A stretch of 63,829 bases of DNA, counting the filler, from Platydemus manokwari (taxonomy: Eukaryota), in NCBI GenBank assembly GCA_037951405.1. It is 6 parts of 6 records of this genome, joined end to end, with 100 filler letters (N's around TTAATTAATTAA, not from the genome) between each part and the next. Parts side by side here need not be neighbours in the genome. Positions count along the whole stretch, not along the records: positions 11,492 to 23,155 come from JBBMOY010537774.1; positions 23,256 to 32,120 come from JBBMOY011337428.1; 4 more parts are not named here. The stretch is one strand, 5' to 3'. Of this stretch, positions 18,701 to 24,373 are shown one piece after another. Made by a program: the position numbers and the translations under genes. The notes beneath the pieces are model-generated. The model did no database searches. It worked only from the letters and a program-made list of their open reading frames with translations, and was not told the DNA's origin. The first letter of the stretch is position 1, and every line of letters starts with the position of its first letter.

Positions 18701-21614
18701 GTATGGCAAAATAATTAACATTTTAATGAAATTAAAACTCCAGAAAATTCTCAGAAGAATTCCTAATAAATAACCAGAGATATCAAAGCAAATTATGTCA
18801 AAATTTTCCTTCTATTATAATACTGCGAAAAAACTGTTTGAAAATTTGATGATAAAATAATCGATTTTAGTATTTCTATTTCACTAACCCCATTTCTCGT
18901 CTCATCATCGTGAGCTTCATATCTTCGACATTTACCATTTTATACACAAATGACACACAACCCAATTTGATTCCACTAAAAATTACCGGACCCCAAAGTC
19001 GAGCTGTTAAAGCTTTTTCATTGGTCAATTTAAACATATTGGGATTGCCCCATAATTTCAAACAAGCTTCTCGATTCACTCGTACCCAATTCAACATCCA
19101 ATTATTGGGATCATTTGACCATCTACAGAAATCATTATCGAAGTTACAATCCAATTCCGATAGCACTGAAGGTAAAAAAAAAAGACCAAAGGTATAAAAT
19201 AGAATTCATTAATCGATCATGATCTGAGAACAAAACTACTTATTAATTTGTCAGTATCTTCAATTTCGTATTTCAATTCCGTTCTTGTTAACTGGAATTA
19301 AGAGATTTTATAATTGATAAGAATCGGAGAACAATGGAAAACGTCACAATTCCTCAATATTTTATACACTGTCAAAGATGTACACCAAGAAACAATACTG
19401 ATCGGAAGAAAGTAAATTTCAATGCTAATATAAAAGCCACTGAGAAATTTGCTTAAAGATTCCAATGATAGATCAAAGTAAATCTTAATTCCATTTTTAT
19501 GCAAATTTAATAACAGATCATAATAATCCATAATCATATTCAATTACATTTCTTCATTTCAAATTGACCAATCGTATTTGCCATAAATAATTGATCGATT
19601 CAAACAATGATAATTTACTGAATCATAGATTTCAATCAATATTGCTATATCATTCTAATTATAACAATCACCACCAATTTCATTCTTAATTAGTCGACTA
19701 AGGCACGTTACAAAATAATAAAACATTTGCTTATCGACTAACCCAATCTCTCGACGCATCAATGTCAGTTTATGATCATCGCTATTGAACAATCGATAAT
19801 TAAACGAAATACAGCTCAAATTGGACTTTTTCGACATCACTTGACTCCAAAGTCTAGCAATCAACTTTTGATCCGGTTCTTCATTGTCCGATCCATCGGT
19901 TCTCATGCACACGGCCTTATGATCGATTTGCGGTTGATCTAAAAATCCCAACGTTTCCAAAGCCACGATTTCCCAATTCAATTTCCAATTATTTGGATCG
20001 TTGGCATATTTGCAAAGCCCATTTTCAAAATTGCAATCCAAATGTGAGGAGGCTGAAAATTTTTAATTTGAATGATTTTTGTGTGTGTCTCTGTCAGTGT
20101 TATAAAAGGAAAATAATTCATCAGCTGAAAAATTATGAATTTTCTGAGAACAAGACTGAATGGAAGGTCTTGTTTTGAAATTTATCCAGGAAAAACAGCA
20201 AAAATCTTGGACGAATTGTAAAGAATTGTTTCGTCATGTGTTCGAAGAAAGTGCTCGGTTCGTGTGAAGAGATGAAGAAATACGATTGAGAAATCCAATG
20301 ATCTTTCAGCATAATAATAATCACATTTATTTTAATGACGAATAAGAAATCTTTTATTTTTTTTTAATAATAAATCGGTTCAGTGAGAGATACACGAATT
20401 CTGCAATTCCTAGCAGACGATCGTTTCCAAGGATTCTAATTATCATATATCGTTTGCTTTTCACCTGAATTAAAAAAAACCAAAATGACATGAAAATGAA
20501 CATCAAATCGATATCAATAAAGGCGGATCCATGTTTTCCTTCTAGACAGTGTAATCATAGATAAATGGATATAACAACATAATAAATCAATTCCTGGATA
20601 AAATATTGCCAAGCAACTCTTCTAATAATGCCTTCAAGGACGTACAAATTGAACACAAAATATAAACAGATGCCATTATATTTACACAAATTTCGATAGA
20701 AACACCATTCTTATCCTTACAACAAGGGTCAAATAGAAACACCATTACCAAAAATAGACAGCCAATCAGAGACAATTACATCGATGACAACAGTGCATTA
20801 CGCCGCCACATGCCAATTGATTTAAACAAATCGAAAAAATTAATTCAATGCTATGAATTCCATTGATTATCGATGAAATCGATATTTTCCATGTATAAAA
20901 AATCAATAAATATTTCACTAACCTCATTTCGCGTCGCAGCAAAGTGATTTTGGTGTTTCCAGATTTTATGTAATTAAAACTGATACATTTAAGTGAGGTC
21001 TTTTGATTAGACTTCCTAACGACAGGCGACAACAGTCGAACAGCATTCAAAGTTTCACTGCCACCAAAATTTTCATTTTCAACATTATCAAGACTTATGC
21101 AAATTCCATTGGTTTTAAATTCGGTGGATTTTTCACGATCCAGATAATTGAGATTGGTCACTTTCCAATTCGTAATCCAATTGTTCCCATCGTTAATCCA
21201 TTGACAGAGATTGTATTCGAACTGACAGTCGATATTCCAGGAATTATATTTTCCTATTTCATGTCTATATTACAGCAAATCTATTCGATTATGTTCAAGT
21301 TATTAAAAGTTCTTTATAGTGGCACATGCTATTCTATTACGTAATAATATCATATTTTTCCAAATACGCATAATGAGTCATCTACCAAGCACTTCTACAG
21401 TTTCCCTTAAACAAATTTAATCTAGAATTTTATTATTTTAAAATAGTTATTTTTTTCCCTGTATTTCTAGAGTAACCAAACGTAAAATTTAGTAATAGAT
21501 TTTATAGTTCCAAGCAACGAGCCTTGTTCTCAGTGCATTTACAAAAAATAAAGAATAATAATTACCTGCCGCGTAACCCATAATACACAAAAACAAAATC
21601 GCTTTCATAGTCAT
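12389..21614 (-). CDS. MAM-like domain gene, 5' part: signal-peptide exon plus 13 mutually exclusive variable exons (constant 3' exons not resolved)
   Basis: Leader exon has a phase-1 donor. Thirteen paralogous exons have AG/GT boundaries, all phase 1 to 2, with the motif C-x-F-x(3-5)-C-x-W...RL(W)xx...C-x-x-F-x-Y typical of the N-terminal part of MAM domains. Docking/selector complementarity is present. Confidence 0.85.
12780..12805 (-). promoter_or_regulatory. Selector sequence for V13
   Basis: + strand AGAACACGGCAACGTCACGGAACTAT versus docking sense AGAACAAGGC-TCGTTGCTTGGAACTAT, about 46 nt upstream of the acceptor. Confidence 0.72.
13249..13594 (-). CDS. Variable exon V12 (class B, AVQRGQD...LALLKHTMG)
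   Basis: Acceptor tcttttAG, donor GG|GTAAGA, 346 nt, open frame. Confidence 0.88.
13642..13656 (-). promoter_or_regulatory. Selector sequence for V12
   Basis: + strand GAGAACATGGCATCG versus docking GAGAACAAGGC-TCG. Confidence 0.7.
14284..14629 (-). CDS. Variable exon V11 (class B, AIQNRQK...LALMKHTMG)
   Basis: Acceptor ccttttAG, donor GG|GTAAGG, 346 nt, open frame. Confidence 0.88.
14668..14698 (-). promoter_or_regulatory. Selector sequence for V11
   Basis: + strand ATGGACAGAGAACATGACATCGTGTTGGAAC versus docking ATGCACTGAGAACAAGGC-TCGTTGCTTGGAAC. Confidence 0.75.
14972..15314 (-). CDS. Variable exon V10 (class B, AGKIERKLNCKF...LSLLKHSDG)
   Basis: Acceptor aattgcAG, donor GG|GTGAGT, 343 nt, open frame. 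Confidence 0.88.
15358..15380 (-). promoter_or_regulatory. Selector sequence for V10
   Basis: + strand ATGCACTGAACAAGATCGATTGC versus docking ATGCACTGAGAACAAGGCTCGTTGC. Confidence 0.75.
15457..15775 (-). CDS. Variable exon V9 (class B, EYTNTNE...LSLLKHSDG)
   Basis: Acceptor ggttgtAG, donor GG|GTGAGT, 319 nt, open frame. Confidence 0.86.
15821..15842 (-). promoter_or_regulatory. Selector sequence for V9
   Basis: + strand ACTGCAGAAATCAAAGCTCGTT versus docking ACTG-AGAA--CAAGGCTCGTT. Confidence 0.68.
15907..16246 (-). CDS. Variable exon V8 (class A, GSNQFSKFNSKISCDFE...LTLMRREMG)
   Basis: Phase-1 acceptor taatttAG, donor GG|GTAAGA, 340 nt, open frame. Confidence 0.84.
16298..16315 (-). promoter_or_regulatory. 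Selector sequence for V8 (pairs with the distal half of the docking site)
   Basis: + strand GGCTAGTTACTTGGCAAC versus docking GGCTCGTTGCTTGG-AAC, about 52 nt upstream of the acceptor. Confidence 0.62.
16512..16812 (-). CDS. Variable exon V7 (class A, ASSDLDCNFE...LTLMRREMG)
   Basis: Acceptor aatttcAG, donor GG|GTAGGT, 301 nt, open frame. Confidence 0.88.
16852..16868 (-). promoter_or_regulatory. Selector sequence for V7
   Basis: + strand CATTGAGAACAGAGCTC versus docking CACTGAGAACAAGGCTC. Confidence 0.75.
16989..17286 (-). CDS. Variable exon V6 (class A, AVSDLDCSF...LTLMRREMG)
   Basis: Acceptor gattttAG, donor GG|GTTAGT, 298 nt, open frame. Confidence 0.88.
17337..17354 (-). promoter_or_regulatory. 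Selector sequence for V6
   Basis: + strand ACTGAAGAACAAAGCTCG versus docking ACTG-AGAACAAGGCTCG. Confidence 0.78.
17703..18003 (-). CDS. Variable exon V5 (class A, ANSDIDCSF...LTLMRREMG)
   Basis: Acceptor cgttttAG, donor GG|GTTAGT, 301 nt, open frame. Confidence 0.88.
18053..18073 (-). promoter_or_regulatory. Selector sequence for V5
   Basis: + strand AAATGTGCTGAGAACAAGCTC versus docking AAATGCACTGAGAACAAGGCTC. Confidence 0.82.
18142..18418 (-). CDS. Variable exon V4 (class A, VTTELDCNF...LTMMRREMG)
   Basis: Acceptor gtcttcAG, donor GG|GTTAGT, 277 nt, open frame. Confidence 0.88.
18472..18485 (-). promoter_or_regulatory. Selector sequence for V4
   Basis: + strand CTGAGAACAAAACT versus docking CTGAGAACAAGGCT: 14 bp including 2 G-U pairs. 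Confidence 0.8.
18889..19165 (-). CDS. Variable exon V3 (class A, VLSELDCNF...LTMMRREMG)
   Basis: Acceptor accttcAG, donor GG|GTTAGT, 277 nt, open frame. Confidence 0.88.
19224..19237 (-). promoter_or_regulatory. Selector sequence for V3
   Basis: + strand CTGAGAACAAAACT versus docking CTGAGAACAAGGCT: 14 bp including 2 G-U pairs. Confidence 0.8.
19743..20052 (-). CDS. Variable exon V2 (class A, ASSHLDCNFE...LTLMRREIG)
   Basis: Acceptor attttcAG, donor GG|GTTAGT, 310 nt, open frame. Confidence 0.88.
20144..20157 (-). promoter_or_regulatory. Selector sequence for V2
   Basis: + strand CTGAGAACAAGACT versus docking CTGAGAACAAGGCT: 14 bp including 1 G-U pair, about 92 nt upstream of the acceptor. 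Confidence 0.8.
20923..21253 (-). CDS. Variable exon V1 (class A, divergent, GKYNSWNIDCQFE...ITLLRREMR)
   Basis: Phase-1 acceptor gaaatAG (weak pyrimidine tract), donor AG|GTTAGT, 331 nt, open frame. Confidence 0.8.
21501..21540 (-). promoter_or_regulatory. Intronic docking site (transcript sense AAAUGCACUGAGAACAAGGCUCGUUGCUUGGAACUAUAAA)
   Basis: Single GC-richer island about 25 nt downstream of the leader-exon donor, reverse-complementary to the motif upstream of V2-V13. Confidence 0.85.
21566..21614 (-). CDS. Leader exon encoding a signal peptide MTMKAILFLCIMGYAA
   Basis: ATG, basic residue, hydrophobic core and small residues at the end. Donor CAG|GTAAT is phase 1, matching all 13 variable-exon acceptors. 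Confidence 0.85.
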
Positions 21615-23155
21615 CTAAATAAAGAAAAACTTGTAAATTCAGAATTTCTTAAATATATTTAATAAAAATAAAAAAGTTCAATACAATTCCATAAATTTGG
21701 TTTTGACGCTTAAAAAATTATTCTCCAAACTTATTCATTAAATTAATTATAAAATTAATCATATTTATTAGATAAATATATTAAAAAATCCAAATGAGAA
21801 GGTTGACAGGTATTGAAACATTATTTAAAAATTTTTAAATTATTTTTACGATTTATTTTTCCAATTAAATGGTAAGATTTTAAAACTTACCATAAACAAT
21901 GAATAGTATTTCAAATAACACAGAATGAGTAATAAAAGTTAAATTTTCCACAAATAAGATTGAAAAATTAATATATATAAACAAATCAATTTGAAACAAA
22001 TTTTTTATTAGGTTTAAATCTGATGTACAGATTTTTCATCACAGTAATCTTTTTTTTGCTTATTTTATCGTTTAAAAACTATAATTTAATTTTATACATC
22101 AAGTTCGATCGTAAGTTGCATTTACCAAAATAATTCACATTTTTTAAATTCAAATTCTTATGACATTCATTCATCTTTTCTTTTAACCAAATAATTATCA
22201 GATAAAATTTTTTATGGAAATTTATAAGCAAAAATACGGGTGTTTAATTCTCAATAGTTAAAATTTTCATATTTAATCCCTTCATTTAATAATTTAAGCA
22301 ATTTTATAAATGAATCCCGTTGCTTTTGAGAATATTTTAATTAAAAATTTTATTCCAGCAAATTGTGCTGCATCGTCATTTTACTTGGAGCAATTTTCTA
22401 CCTGGAGTCAATAGATTTTGACGTATATGAGTTATGCTAAAGTAAAAAATTATTCAAAATATTTCCATAAAAATTTGCTGTTGAAGTTATTTAAATATAT
22501 AACTAATTTTATTTTCATACTAATTTCACTTAGCCATTTATTTTATTATTTTTGATAAAAACAAGAATTTTTTTATATTTCATCATTAACCAAAAACAAA
22601 TACCAATCAATTTCTTCAGTAGAATACGCGATTATTAATTTTGCTTAAACGATTTAAATGATAAAAGTGGCTTACTTTAAGAAGAAAAATAATAATTTTT
22701 ATGGTTATCTTAATTTTTTGTTATATACTTAAAATATTATATATTGAGAATTTTATCGAGAAAATTATAGAGATTTAAGTTTAATAAATTAGTAGTGATA
22801 TAAACCAATATTTGACACTACACTCTTGATTTATTTTTATATTTAATTATCATTAACTTTCTTTATAATATTCACTAGATCACTTTGTTCGTTTCTAGAT
22901 TCGCTCATTTGTTCATATTATAAAAAATAATTACAATTAAATATTAAAATAATTTGATAATAAAATGCCAGATACTAGTTTATACCACTGCTACGATCAT
23001 AAAATAAAAATTTATACTATAACATGAAATTCTAAAAAAATTATAATAAGAAATTTATAGAGAAAAATTCATAAAATTTCATAAAAAAAATTTATAATCA
23101 TAAAATAAAAATATCACGTAATTTGAACAACTATATTAAAAATATAAAAATAGGT

Positions 23156-23255
23156 NNNNNNNNNNNNNNNNNNNNNNNNNNNNNNNNNNNNNNNNNNNNT
23201 TAATTAATTAANNNNNNNNNNNNNNNNNNNNNNNNNNNNNNNNNNNNNNNNNNNN
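23156..23255. other. Artificial contig spacer
   Basis: N44-TTAATTAATTAA-N44. Confidence 0.97.
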
Positions 23256-24373
23256 ATGTGAATGTTTCCAGTTTCAAAATACCTTTCGTTATTTCTCAAT
23301 TTCGAAATTAAATACTAAAATCCAGAGCTAATTTACCCTTTAATCTTAAATTAGATAAATAAAAAATATTTAAGAAACTTATTGAAAATTGTTTTGTAAA
23401 TTACTTTGTTATTTATTAATCAATAATTATTTATAATTAAAGTAGTGATTCATCGGTTTTTAATAATAATTGGATAATAATAATTGCTAGTCCTTTATCT
23501 AATATTTATTTATCCTGAGAAAATCGGATCATTTATCTCAATTGATATTTGTCTAATGCATTGAGTTCTTTTTACATCATTCGAAATAGAGCTATTGGGA
23601 ATGTAATGCATTATCTTCATGTGAAATAGGAAAACCCTATGTATTATTATTGTATTTTTATGAACAAATTATTGGTTACTAAAACCAATTTACTGGAAGA
23701 GATAATTACTTGAAATTGATTAAAGAAGTTCATTAACCGAAAAAAGCGAGATTCTCCAAACATCGTAGACATTTTTTAACTTAGCCCCAAGTGACAAAGA
23801 CCTTATAATATTCCATGAATGGCTCTTGATAATTCATAAAAATATTCGATTGAATATAGAAATCTCATAATTTAATCTAATTCTAAAACCCATTTAACAT
23901 CTATGTAATATAAGCGCGATCTTATTAAGCAATCCTAAATAAAAAATAGTTTTTTATATTATTTAATATATAAATATTTATAAATACTGCTTTATCAGTT
24001 TCGAGCACATGTCTTTAGTTGTATCATTTGTCGTCTTTATGTCCGTTTTAAAAAATTCGTAAAGTACTTTGTCAAATTTGGAACGAATTCTTGGATTTAC
24101 CATTAAAGTTGCAGCCCTATTCTTATGAAGTCTTGCTGATCATGCATACCGCTTATAATGATAAAACCAAGGTATTTATTATTATCGTGACAAAGCCTTC
24201 GTTCGAAATATCGGTGCATAAAAATAAAATCTTTAGTTTTTTGTTAAGCAGGATTATAAAAACATGATATTTGAAAATCGTGAATACTAATAAATAAATA
24301 ACCAACATGTTATAGTTTTTATGTATATATAATTTAATATATAAGCATAAACTTAATAATAAAAATTATTTAC

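Noticed and set aside
12392-19197. Plus-strand ORFs overlapping the variable exons (12392, 13291, 14326, 15080, 17640, 18274, 18910)
   Set aside because: Antisense shadows of the real minus-strand exons; their mutual similarity simply mirrors the paralogous exons.
12385-21161. Reading the MAM-like ORFs as 13 separate small genes or as one protein with tandem repeats
   Set aside because: The ORF-track starts are mostly TTG/GTG or internal Met and none has a signal peptide. Each unit is bounded by splice sites, and the phase 1/phase 2 asymmetry prevents in-frame concatenation.
12389-21540. CRISPR-like or recombination-signal interpretation of the recurring GAGAACA motif
   Set aside because: The context is eukaryotic and intronic. 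The copies are degenerate with wobble-type changes and are tied to splice acceptors, and no cas or recombinase gene is present. RNA pairing explains them better, although DNA inversion was not experimentally excluded.
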